Part shown: piece by piece, positions 20,128 through 28,542 of the stretch
Numbering within the stretch: position 1 is the stretch's first letter
Layout: every line of letters begins with the position of its first letter
Source of the DNA: Spirochaetia bacterium
Lineage (GTDB): Bacteria; Spirochaetota; Spirochaetia; WTKD01; G963693115
Reading direction: 5' to 3'
Assembly: GCA_965226055.1 (NCBI GenBank)
Contig: CBDDCA010000003.1
Coordinates: 64,001-128,000 of the forward strand
Length of the DNA stretch: 64,000 nucleotides
Translations under genes and position numbers: made by a program
The notes under the pieces: model-generated
The model's database searches: none
Told to the model about the DNA's origin: nothing
What the model saw: the letters and a program-made list of their open reading frames with translations, nothing else

Positions 20128-21837
20128 ATGGATAAAGATTCATTAAGAAATATACTAAAAAATGCAAAGCAAGGTTTTAATAAAGGAAAATATGAAGAAG
20201 CAATAGCTGATTATGACAAAGCTATAGAGCTAAATCTAAAAGATGCAAGAGTATATTTTTTCAGAGGTACTACAAAGGCTAAATTAGAAAGATATGAAGA
20301 AGCAATAGCTGATTATGACAAAGCTATAGAGCTAAATCTAAAAGATGCAAGAGTATATTTTTTCAGAGGTACTACAAAGGCTAAATTAGAAAGATATGAA
20401 GAAGCAATAGCTGATTATGACAAAGCTATAGAGCTAAATCTAAAAGATGCAAGAGTATATTTTTTCAGAGGTACTACAAAGGCTAAATTAGAAAGATATG
20501 AAGAAGCAATAGCTGATTATGACAAAGCTATAGAGCTAAATCTAAAAGATGCAAGAGTATATTTTTTCAGAGGAAATACAAAAGCTAAATTAGAAAGATA
20601 CGAAGAGGCAATAATTGATTATGAAAGAGCAATAAAATATAAACCAAGTTTTGCAGAGGCATATAACAATAGTGGTACTACGAAAGATGAATTAGAAAGA
20701 TATGAAGAAGCAATAGTAGACTATGACAAGGCTATAGAGCTAAATCTAAAAGATGCAAAGGTATATTTCAATAGAGGAAATACAAAAGCTAAATTAGAAA
20801 AATATGAAGAAGCAATAGCTGATTATGACAAAGCTATAGAATATAAAGAAGATTTTGCAGAAGCATACAACAATAGTGGTACTATGAAAGATGAATTAAA
20901 AAGATATAAAGAAGCAATAGCTGATTATGACAAGGCTATAGAGCTAAATCTAAAAGATGCAAGAGTATATTTCAATAGAGGAAATATAAAAGCTAAATTA
21001 GAAAGATATGAAGAAGCAATAGTAGACTATGACAAGGCTATAGAGTTAAATCTAAAAGATGCAAGGGTATATTTCAATAGAGGAAATATAAAAGCTAAAT
21101 TAGAAAGATACGAAGAGGCAATAATTGATTATGAAAGAGCAATAAAATATAAACCAAGTTTTGCAGAGGCATACAACAATAGTGGTACTACGAAAGATGA
21201 ATTAAAAAGATATGAAGAAGCAATAGTAGACTATGACAAGGCTATAGAGTTAAATCTAAAAGATGCAAGGGTATATTTCAATAGAGGAAATACAAAAGCT
21301 AAATTAGAAAAATATGAAGAAGCAATAGCTGATTATGACAAAGCTATAGAGTTAAATCTAAAAGATGCAAGGGTATATTTCAATAGAGGAAATATAAAAG
21401 CTAAATTAGAAAGATACGAAGAGGCAATAATTGATTATGAAAGAGCAATAAAATATAAACCAAGTTTTGCAGAGGCATACAACAATAGTGGTACTACGAA
21501 AGATGAATTAAAAAGATATGAAGAAGCAATAGTAGACTATGACAAGGCTATAGAGCTAAATCTAAAAGATGCAAGGGTATATTTCAATAGAGGAATTACG
21601 AAAGCTAAATTAGAAAAATATGAAGAAGCAATAGCTGATTATGACAAAGCTATAGAGTTAAATCCAGAAGATGTAGTAGAAGTAAATTTCAATAAAGAAA
21701 TTACGAAAGCTAAATTAGAAAGATACGAAGAGGCAACAATTGATTATGAAAGAGCAATAAAATATAAACCAAGTTTTGCAGAGGCATACAACAATAGTGG
21801 TACTACGAAAGATGCAACAATATACAAAAACAGATGA
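20128..21837 (+). CDS. TPR solenoid protein made of about 16 near-identical 34-aa repeats
   Basis: Repeats EEAIADYDKAIELNLKDARVYF(F/N)RG..KAKLE(R/K)Y and EEAIIDYERAIKYKPSFAEAYNNSGTTKDEL; SD aggagag and TATAAT upstream. Confidence 0.93.
   Translation: MDKDSLRNILKNAKQGFNKGKYEEAIADYDKAIELNLKDARVYFFRGTTKAKLERYEEAIADYDKAIELNLKDARVYFFRGTTKAKLERYEEAIADYDKAIELNLKDARVYFFRGTTKAKLERYEEAIADYDKAIELNLKDARVYFFRGNTKAKLERYEEAIIDYERAIKYKPSFAEAYNNSGTTKDELERYEEAIVDYDKAIELNLKDAKVYFNRGNTKAKLEKYEEAIADYDKAIEYKEDFAEAYNNSGTMKDELKRYKEAIADYDKAIELNLKDARVYFNRGNIKAKLERYEEAIVDYDKAIELNLKDARVYFNRGNIKAKLERYEEAIIDYERAIKYKPSFAEAYNNSGTTKDELKRYEEAIVDYDKAIELNLKDARVYFNRGNTKAKLEKYEEAIADYDKAIELNLKDARVYFNRGNIKAKLERYEEAIIDYERAIKYKPSFAEAYNNSGTTKDELKRYEEAIVDYDKAIELNLKDARVYFNRGITKAKLEKYEEAIADYDKAIELNPEDVVEVNFNKEITKAKLERYEEATIDYERAIKYKPSFAEAYNNSGTTKDATIYKNR
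20194..21813 (+). repeat. 102-bp tandem repeat array (15 full units plus 1 truncated)
   Basis: Units 1-3 are identical at protein level and appear identical in DNA. Two unit types are interleaved, with a 306-bp higher-order period in the 3' half. Confidence 0.95.
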
Positions 21838-22823
21838 AAGATCTTAATATAATAACACCAGCAACACCAAATCGCTTCATAGAAGAGAAGCATGAGAAAT
21901 ATTCGAATTTCTTAATATTCGTAAATCAAAAGAATGAAGAAGAAAAATATTACATACAAGGTATTAAGATAGCTATGTTAGCAGCAAAAGCAAATAAATT
22001 AGAAAAATATGAAAAAGAAAAAGAGCTAATTAAGGAAGCAAGAAAATGTATCGAAAAAGCAATTAGGATAAAATGTGAGAAGCAGCAACAAGGAAAATTA
22101 GAATATAAAATAGGATATAAATTTAAGCCTATCAATAAGGATACAATAGATATGTTAATAAAGGAAAAAATATATTTTAGTGATGTTTCATCACTAAATG
22201 ATCCATTGGAATGCCCTATACTTAAATTATATGATAAATACTTTAAAAATGAGATATTTCAAGGTGATTATGAACCATACATATGTTCCTTTGTTGTTGA
22301 TACTAAGAATAAACCAGATGATATAATAAAAAATACCTTATTGTTTAGTCATTATGCTGATAGACATAGAGGAATATGCATAGAATATGAGATAGACGAA
22401 AAATTACTAAATCAAGGCAAAATATGGCATACTCGTGTAGAATATAGTGAAAATACACCTTATAAACAGTTAGATAATATAGCATATGTCTTCGCTATTA
22501 AGAGTAAAAAATGGGAATATGAGGAAGAATATCGCTTTATACTTTTTGGGCATGATAAAGAAAAACAACAAAAACGTGGAACAGGAGTATATATTAATGG
22601 TATTAATGGTGGTGCTGTTGTTAAGAGAATTATTTTTGGATTAGAGACACCTGAGGAAGATAAAGAGTTATTATATACATTACTGTCAGATGAAAAAAAA
22701 GATGAGAAAGAGAAAGACAAGAACAAAAATGAAATACAATTTTTTGAAACGAAGAATGATATAGAAAATGAGTATTTTACCCTTTATATTGATATTGACT
22801 CTCCTTACAAGCCCAAGTCATAA
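21834..22823 (+). CDS. DUF2971-like domain protein with a degenerate TPR-like N-terminus
   Basis: YKF...IYFS....LNDPLE, ICSF, LLFSHYADRHRGICIEY, K...WEYEEEYR and IIFG motifs typical of DUF2971 proteins; ATGA overlap with the TPR gene. Confidence 0.8.
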   Translation: MKDLNIITPATPNRFIEEKHEKYSNFLIFVNQKNEEEKYYIQGIKIAMLAAKANKLEKYEKEKELIKEARKCIEKAIRIKCEKQQQGKLEYKIGYKFKPINKDTIDMLIKEKIYFSDVSSLNDPLECPILKLYDKYFKNEIFQGDYEPYICSFVVDTKNKPDDIIKNTLLFSHYADRHRGICIEYEIDEKLLNQGKIWHTRVEYSENTPYKQLDNIAYVFAIKSKKWEYEEEYRFILFGHDKEKQQKRGTGVYINGINGGAVVKRIIFGLETPEEDKELLYTLLSDEKKDEKEKDKNKNEIQFFETKNDIENEYFTLYIDIDSPYKPKS

Positions 22824-22827
22824 TAAG

Positions 22828-22852
22828 TAGTAATACTGATTTAGTATTACTA
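22828..22852. terminator. Hairpin between convergent genes (possible terminator)
   Basis: tagtaatact-gattt-agtattacta perfect 10-bp inverted repeat starting 4 nt after the DUF2971 stop. Confidence 0.5.
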
Positions 22853-22956
22853 TTACTCACGTATATTCACCTATGAAAATTCCCTCAATTATTACTTCCT
22901 ATAAGTCCTATTCTGTCTACCAATTACAATGTAAATACTGTAACATGTATTTACGA

Positions 22957-23733
22957 TTATAAGTACTGTAAAAAATAATCATCAATTTCTTTTCTCATTT
23001 GTATTCCTACTCTTTCAAAGCAGTCAAGTAGAGTATGATATGCTCCTTCTCCACCAAGAAAATCCCAAAATTCTTCAGCTACTTTTAATTCTTGTTTTAT
23101 ATCAAGCATTCCTGCCATTGTCCATCTATCATAAGGCTTTGGATCATATGGATTATATGGAATAGCAATAAGTGTATGTACTTTTGCTTGAGGCTTTTCA
23201 GCTAATACTGAAGCTGTCCACTCTAAAAGAGTTCTTTTGAATTCCTTAAAAGAGCCTCTATTTGGTTTTGCTGTTTTAATATCAATGAGATATATCTCAC
23301 CTTCCATACTTTCTAAATAAAGATCTACTTTTGTTAATTTTACTTCTCTCATTTCTCCGCTTTGACAAACATTACGAATGATTTCAATATCTCTCTGTTT
23401 ATTTGGTTCTGTAATTGCAGAAGATAAGCTATCTATTATTTTTTGAATTTCAAAATGAGCAGAGTTACTTATTTTTATCCCTGCTTTTACTTGTGTTTTT
23501 ACCACTTTAAATCTATTTGAGGCAAGAGATACTGCTATTGGCTCAAAAATGGTAGTACCAAAATTTGTATTAAGTGAATGGATAAATGAATATAAGGCAA
23601 GTCTATCTTTTCCTAGCAACCTTGTATGAAACGGCATTATTGCTGGTTCAGGATTATGGCTAGAAAATTTCTTTCTTAAGCTCCCTTTGATTATTTCTTC
23701 AATAGATTGTATTTGCTGTGGTGTAAGCACCAT
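22957..23733 (-). CDS. Type II restriction endonuclease, TdeIII/MjaII-like family (probably GGNCC)
   Basis: MPFH..LLGKDR.ALYSFIHSLNT.FGT..FE, VD...DIKTAKPN (PD-(D/E)xK-like), AIPYNPY and EFWDFLGG motifs; coupled to an MTase. Confidence 0.85.
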   Translation of the reverse strand: MVLTPQQIQSIEEIIKGSLRKKFSSHNPEPAIMPFHTRLLGKDRLALYSFIHSLNTNFGTTIFEPIAVSLASNRFKVVKTQVKAGIKISNSAHFEIQKIIDSLSSAITEPNKQRDIEIIRNVCQSGEMREVKLTKVDLYLESMEGEIYLIDIKTAKPNRGSFKEFKRTLLEWTASVLAEKPQAKVHTLIAIPYNPYDPKPYDRWTMAGMLDIKQELKVAEEFWDFLGGEGAYHTLLDCFERVGIQMRKEIDDYFLQYL

Positions 23734-25310
23734 TATTGCTCCTTTAGGTGAAAAATAGTTTCTGCGTATGCAGATGTATTTTTTTCTGTTCTGTTTAAGA
23801 CAGGCCTTTTATATTGATCTACTATTTGCATATTTGCTTTTTCAGCAATAGTTGGGTATAGATTATATTTATCATTAGCTACCAAAAAAACATTGTAATC
23901 TTTTTGTAGGTATCTTTTTGCGTTACTTAAAACATTTGCTATTCCCTCAACATATGATGTACGAGCATCTTTCCCTTGTCCTTTATATAGAGGGCCTATC
24001 TCAAGTTTATCATTACGCTCAAGCTCAAATAATTCATATGCATATGCGTGTTGTTGGTGATAATCGATTAAGCCTACATACGGAGGGCTTGAAAAAATCC
24101 CTTTAATTTTATGTTTTTTTAACAAAATTTCTAACGCAGGATTATATTTGTGTAATTGTGATGCTATATCAATATTTTTTGCATCTCCTTGTAAGAAACT
24201 GTGCAAGCTATCGGTACGTAATGCATCAAATTCCAAAAGACGATGTATTGTATCAGCACTGTACCTTTTCCACCAAGAAAGAAGTGAAAACAAAGGCTTA
24301 CATATTTTTCCATGTTTTTTACAATAATATGTTTGTGTTACAGGCTTTTTTAATGTGGTTAAATCAGCATGGGTAGTAGCTCGACAAGATCGTATTGTTC
24401 TACTTAATATGATAGTAATAATGTTTCTGATAGCTTGATTTTTGATGCGCTTGATATGTTCATATATAAAATCCATTTCTTTTCTTATTGGATGTATGTA
24501 CCATGTTTCAAGAAATGTATTTGCTTTTTCTTGTTGTATTGTAAGCTGGTATTTTTTTTGTAGTCTGTCAAAAATAAGTGCAAACTCACTTTCTTTTGCA
24601 GAAGCATATTCCTTTTCATTTATCTCATGCTTTCTTACTTGTATTTTATATTCTGGAGAAGGAAAATATTTTTTATTGAATACAGAAAGTTCTGCAAGAA
24701 GCTCATTTTCAAATTGTATATTTATATTATTTGCAATAAACTTTTGAAGAGCTGTAGTTATGTATTGTAGCTCCTGTTGTATAGTATCAAAATGTACCTT
24801 TTCTATCTTTGCACTAGATATGAGTGTATTAAATAGGGAAATATCAATGCCTATAGCATGTATTCCCAGTTCATTTGCTTGTATTACTGTTGTACCACTT
24901 CCAGAAAATGGATCTAAAACAATATCCCCCTTCTTAAAGTACACCTCTTTCTTAATAGTATCTATATGATCATCTAAAAAATATTCTACTAATTGGGGAA
25001 TAAATTTGCCTTTATATGGATGCAATCTATGAATGTGCTTTGTAGTTTCTTTTTCTGTAAGGGTATGAAAAGACAAAGATAAGTGTATGTCTTCCCCTAA
25101 CTTTTCTTTCCAATCGCTTTCTCTTTGATTCTTAAAACTGTCATAGTAATATAGTAAATCATATTTATTGACTACTACCTTTCCTTGTTTTTCGTATTTC
25201 TTAACTTTGCCATATTGAAGTAAATACGATATATTTGAAGGAGTAACATTTTTATTGAGATATTCACTTGCCCATGTACTTGCTTTTTTTATTGTCAATA
25301 ACTCTATCAT
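23733..25310 (-). CDS. Cognate amino-methyltransferase (likely m4C, M.MjaII-like) with an N-terminal HTH-like extension
   Basis: HRLHPYKGKFIPQLVE, motif I LDPFSGSGTT and motif IV SSPPY; its stop overlaps the REase start by 1 nt. Confidence 0.88.
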   Translation of the reverse strand: MIELLTIKKASTWASEYLNKNVTPSNISYLLQYGKVKKYEKQGKVVVNKYDLLYYYDSFKNQRESDWKEKLGEDIHLSLSFHTLTEKETTKHIHRLHPYKGKFIPQLVEYFLDDHIDTIKKEVYFKKGDIVLDPFSGSGTTVIQANELGIHAIGIDISLFNTLISSAKIEKVHFDTIQQELQYITTALQKFIANNINIQFENELLAELSVFNKKYFPSPEYKIQVRKHEINEKEYASAKESEFALIFDRLQKKYQLTIQQEKANTFLETWYIHPIRKEMDFIYEHIKRIKNQAIRNIITIILSRTIRSCRATTHADLTTLKKPVTQTYYCKKHGKICKPLFSLLSWWKRYSADTIHRLLEFDALRTDSLHSFLQGDAKNIDIASQLHKYNPALEILLKKHKIKGIFSSPPYVGLIDYHQQHAYAYELFELERNDKLEIGPLYKGQGKDARTSYVEGIANVLSNAKRYLQKDYNVFLVANDKYNLYPTIAEKANMQIVDQYKRPVLNRTEKNTSAYAETIFHLKEQ

Positions 25311-25453
25311 ATAATGTTTTATATTATACCATAATAATACTATTGCTTATCATGTATCTCATACTGTCATTTTAATGTGAATTTCTTACACTATTTTTAG
25401 GTATCATGTATACCTTCATCGCAATAATATACTATATCCTTTATAATATACAT

Positions 25454-26293
25454 ATGATTGATGAAAAAGATATACCTCATGTTCTTACAAGTACAGAAAT
25501 ACAATCGTGGGAAAAAGTAGTGAATACTCTTCTGTTTTTACGCACAGAGCAAGGATGTAGCTGGGATAAAGCACAAACGATGGAGAGTATTATTGTAAAT
25601 TTAGTGGAAGAAGTATCAGAGCTTATTGATGCTATACATATGTATTCTCATAAAAAAAAGGATGCGTCTGTTATAACAGATAACGATAAACAGATGCAAG
25701 ATCTTATAGAAGAGTTTGGTGATGTACAGCTTGTATTGACTATGATGATGATTATTTTTACAGATACTAATAGTACAAAAGATAATAATGATACCCCCTC
25801 TCATTTTGATATGAGTACATTTAATGCTATTTTTGTACAGTTAGGAAATAAATTGATACGAAGGCATCCTCATGTTTTTTCTCACACAGTTCTTAATGAA
25901 AACAAAGATGATTTATACGCTCAATGGCAGCATATTAAGTATCATGTGGAAGGAAAACGAGAGCCAGAAACATTACATGAATATAAACCCTACTTGCATA
26001 TACTTGAGCGGGTAAAAGAAATTCAAAAAAAAGCAGAAAAACTTTCTCTCTCTCAAAAGCGACCTTTTTCAAGTAAACTACAAAAGCTACAAAAAAGTCT
26101 TGAAGCACTGACAGATGCAGAATCTTCCCTTCCTGATAAAGATAGCTATATCCCTACTGATGATGATATACAATTAAACATTGGAAAATGTTTTTATGAG
26201 CTTATAGATGTTGCACGTTCCTTGCGAGTAAGTCCAACTACTTGCCTTACTAAATATATGTCTACTGTGTTGCAAGAATTGCAGCAAACATAG
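25454..26293 (+). CDS. mazG: MazG-family nucleoside triphosphate pyrophosphohydrolase
   Basis: GCSWDKAQT, EEVSELIDAI, EEFGDV and KLIRRHPHVF motifs; second domain degenerate. Start set at ATG 25454, 6 nt after TATAAT. Confidence 0.85.
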   Translation: MIDEKDIPHVLTSTEIQSWEKVVNTLLFLRTEQGCSWDKAQTMESIIVNLVEEVSELIDAIHMYSHKKKDASVITDNDKQMQDLIEEFGDVQLVLTMMMIIFTDTNSTKDNNDTPSHFDMSTFNAIFVQLGNKLIRRHPHVFSHTVLNENKDDLYAQWQHIKYHVEGKREPETLHEYKPYLHILERVKEIQKKAEKLSLSQKRPFSSKLQKLQKSLEALTDAESSLPDKDSYIPTDDDIQLNIGKCFYELIDVARSLRVSPTTCLTKYMSTVLQELQQT

Positions 26294-26308
26294 TGTTATC
26301 AATATTGC

Positions 26309-27418
26309 TTATATTTGATGATAGAGAATGTATACGTATAGTATAAATGTGCTTATAAATACAAGAGCAATTATTTTCTGTATATATACTTTTTTTATCA
26401 TGAGCAATAAAAGTGCTGCATTTGATATAAGTAGCAATATGCTTTCAGAAGAAAAATGATGCATATTGTCTATAGGTGAAATAAGGGCTGTACTTCCAAT
26501 AATAAGCAGGATATTTATAATATTGCTTCCTAATATATTGCCTTCTCCAATATCAGAAAAATTTGTAGTACCACTCTTTTTGTTCTTACGAAAATACATA
26601 ATAACAAGAGGAATAATTGCAGCGAGTATAATAAAGAGTTCAGGAATACTTGTTCCTAATGATACTATAAGGAGTCCTACTATTTTTTCACTGATACCAA
26701 AGCGTTTTGCTAACTCGATAATGCTGGATAAAAATATTTCGGATGCAACATATAATAAAACAGTTCCCCCTATTACTCCAACAGTGGCAATGCATACTTG
26801 TATTATGTTGTTACGTGAGAATAAATGTTTTGTAGAGATATGTTGTTCTTCTTTCTCTACAGTATGAGTACGCGGAGTGTGTGGCAATTTATTGTTATCA
26901 GAATTTTCTGTGTTACTATGCCATACTTTGTTATGAGAGCCTTTGTTTGCAATAAGTAAATGATAAAAATATAATAGTAGGCCTAATAAAAAAAATACCC
27001 CTATCCACCATGGTATTGTGTTGATACTTTTTATTGTGGTTATATAAATAATACTGTTGAGTATACTTACTAATAAAATATTTTTAATTGAAATGCTAGA
27101 TATTTGTGAAGAAAAGAGCAAATATATCCCGTAAATTAAAAGTGAATTAAAAAGATTACTTCCTATGACATTTGCTACTGGTATATATGTTAGCCTTGAA
27201 AAAGCTGCATTTATGGAAACAAAAAACTCTGGCATTGATGTTGCTAGAGCAACCACTGTAAGACCAATAATATATTGTCGTATGTGCAATAATTTTGCAA
27301 AAAGAACACTTCCTTTTAATAGAGAAAGACTTCCTAAGTACAATATAACAATACTGAAAAAGAATAATACCAGTAATAAAAAATTTGAAGAAGATATATA
27401 AAAAGGCTGATGTAACAT
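26309..27418 (-). CDS. Calcium/sodium antiporter (YrbG/CaCA family)
   Basis: Two alpha-repeats (ALATSMPE...ANVIGSNLFN and SLGTSIPE...GNILGSNIIN). Start moved to ATG 27418 because the longer ORF begins inside the tRNA. Confidence 0.88.
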   Translation of the reverse strand: MLHQPFYISSSNFLLLVLFFFSIVILYLGSLSLLKGSVLFAKLLHIRQYIIGLTVVALATSMPEFFVSINAAFSRLTYIPVANVIGSNLFNSLLIYGIYLLFSSQISSISIKNILLVSILNSIIYITTIKSINTIPWWIGVFFLLGLLLYFYHLLIANKGSHNKVWHSNTENSDNNKLPHTPRTHTVEKEEQHISTKHLFSRNNIIQVCIATVGVIGGTVLLYVASEIFLSSIIELAKRFGISEKIVGLLIVSLGTSIPELFIILAAIIPLVIMYFRKNKKSGTTNFSDIGEGNILGSNIINILLIIGSTALISPIDNMHHFSSESILLLISNAALLLLMIKKVYIQKIIALVFISTFILYVYILYHQI

Positions 27419-27427
27419 GAAGTTATT

Positions 27428-27500
27428 TGGGTGAAGAGGGACTTGAACCCACGACATCCTGCTTGTAAGGCAGGCACTCTACCAGCTGAGTTATTCACCC
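27428..27500 (-). tRNA. tRNA-Val (anticodon TAC)
   Basis: Reverse complement GGGTGAATAACTCAGCTGGTAGAGTGCCTGCCTTACAAGCAGGATGTCGTGGGTTCAAGTCCCTCTTCACCCA folds as a cloverleaf with anticodon arm CCTGC-CTTACAA-GCAGG. CCA is not encoded. Confidence 0.96.
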
Positions 27501-27606
27501 ATATAATAGTATTATAGAGTATATAGTAAATTATGTCTATATTTCTCTCTATTTTTTACTGAGATATTTGTTTCTTATATATTACCACTAATTATAAAAA
27601 TAGTTT

Positions 27607-28542
27607 TTATCGTTTGTTTCGTATTTTATCAATAATAACGGCAATAATAATAACTATTCCTTTTATTACCGATTGCCAAAAATCTGATACCTGCATAAGA
27701 GTTAAGCCGTTATCCAACATTCCTATAATAAGCGCTCCAATAAGTGTACCGCCTATGCCACCTATGCCTCCAACAAAACTTGTGCCTCCTAAAATTACTG
27801 CAGCAATAGCATCAAGTTCAGCACCTCTGCCTAGAAACCCATTTGCACTATACAATCTACTTGATACCATCACTCCTGTCAGTCCTGCACAAAGTCCACT
27901 AATAGCATACACAGAGACTAGTACTTTTTTGACAGGAATACCAGTAAGTTTTGCAGCTTCTAAATTTCCCCCTATAGAATATATCCATATTCCTAGTACT
28001 GTTTTTCGAAGTACTATCCAACATACAAATATTAACAGAAGAGAAATAATAATGAGCCACGGTATTCCAATGATACTGGAGTTTGCTACCCATGCATAAC
28101 TTAAATCATTGTTGATAATTGTAGTACCGTTAGCAAGTAAAAATGCTACTCCACTTAAAGAAGTAAGTCCTCCAAGAGTAACAATAAAAGGTGGTAAGTC
28201 TACATACGCAATAAGTATTCCTACCAATACTCCTATAAGTCCTCCTACTAATATGGCTATGATTGGAGCAAAAGGCGTAATTGTTGAAAACAGTAATGAG
28301 ATTACTGCCGTTACTGCCATCAATGATCCAACAGATAAATCAATGCCTCCTGTGAGTATTACAATAGTCATACCGCTTGCTAATACTATATTGATAGCTG
28401 TTTGCATAAACACATTTCTAAAGTTATTTATACTAAAAAAATTTTCGTTTAATACTGTAAAAATTATTATTATCAATAGTAGTACTGGTAACATACCGAG
28501 TGATTTCAATAATTTTGTATAATTTTGTTTTTGTAAAAGCAT
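27607..28542 (-). CDS. rbsC: Ribose-type sugar ABC transporter permease
   Basis: GMTIVILTGGIDLSVGS, PPFIVTLG, GGNLEAAKLTG and ELDAIAAVILGGTSF motifs. Confidence 0.85.
   Translation of the reverse strand: MLLQKQNYTKLLKSLGMLPVLLLIIIIFTVLNENFFSINNFRNVFMQTAINIVLASGMTIVILTGGIDLSVGSLMAVTAVISLLFSTITPFAPIIAILVGGLIGVLVGILIAYVDLPPFIVTLGGLTSLSGVAFLLANGTTIINNDLSYAWVANSSIIGIPWLIIISLLLIFVCWIVLRKTVLGIWIYSIGGNLEAAKLTGIPVKKVLVSVYAISGLCAGLTGVMVSSRLYSANGFLGRGAELDAIAAVILGGTSFVGGIGGIGGTLIGALIIGMLDNGLTLMQVSDFWQSVIKGIVIIIAVIIDKIRNKR

Noticed and set aside
20194-21813. Regular repeat array as a CRISPR
   Set aside because: The units are 102 bp, in frame and contiguous, with no unique spacers and no cas genes; it is a coding TPR array.
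27419-27457. N-terminal extension MSWVQVPLHP of the antiporter ORF
   Set aside because: It is read through the tRNA-Val gene; the real start is probably 27418.
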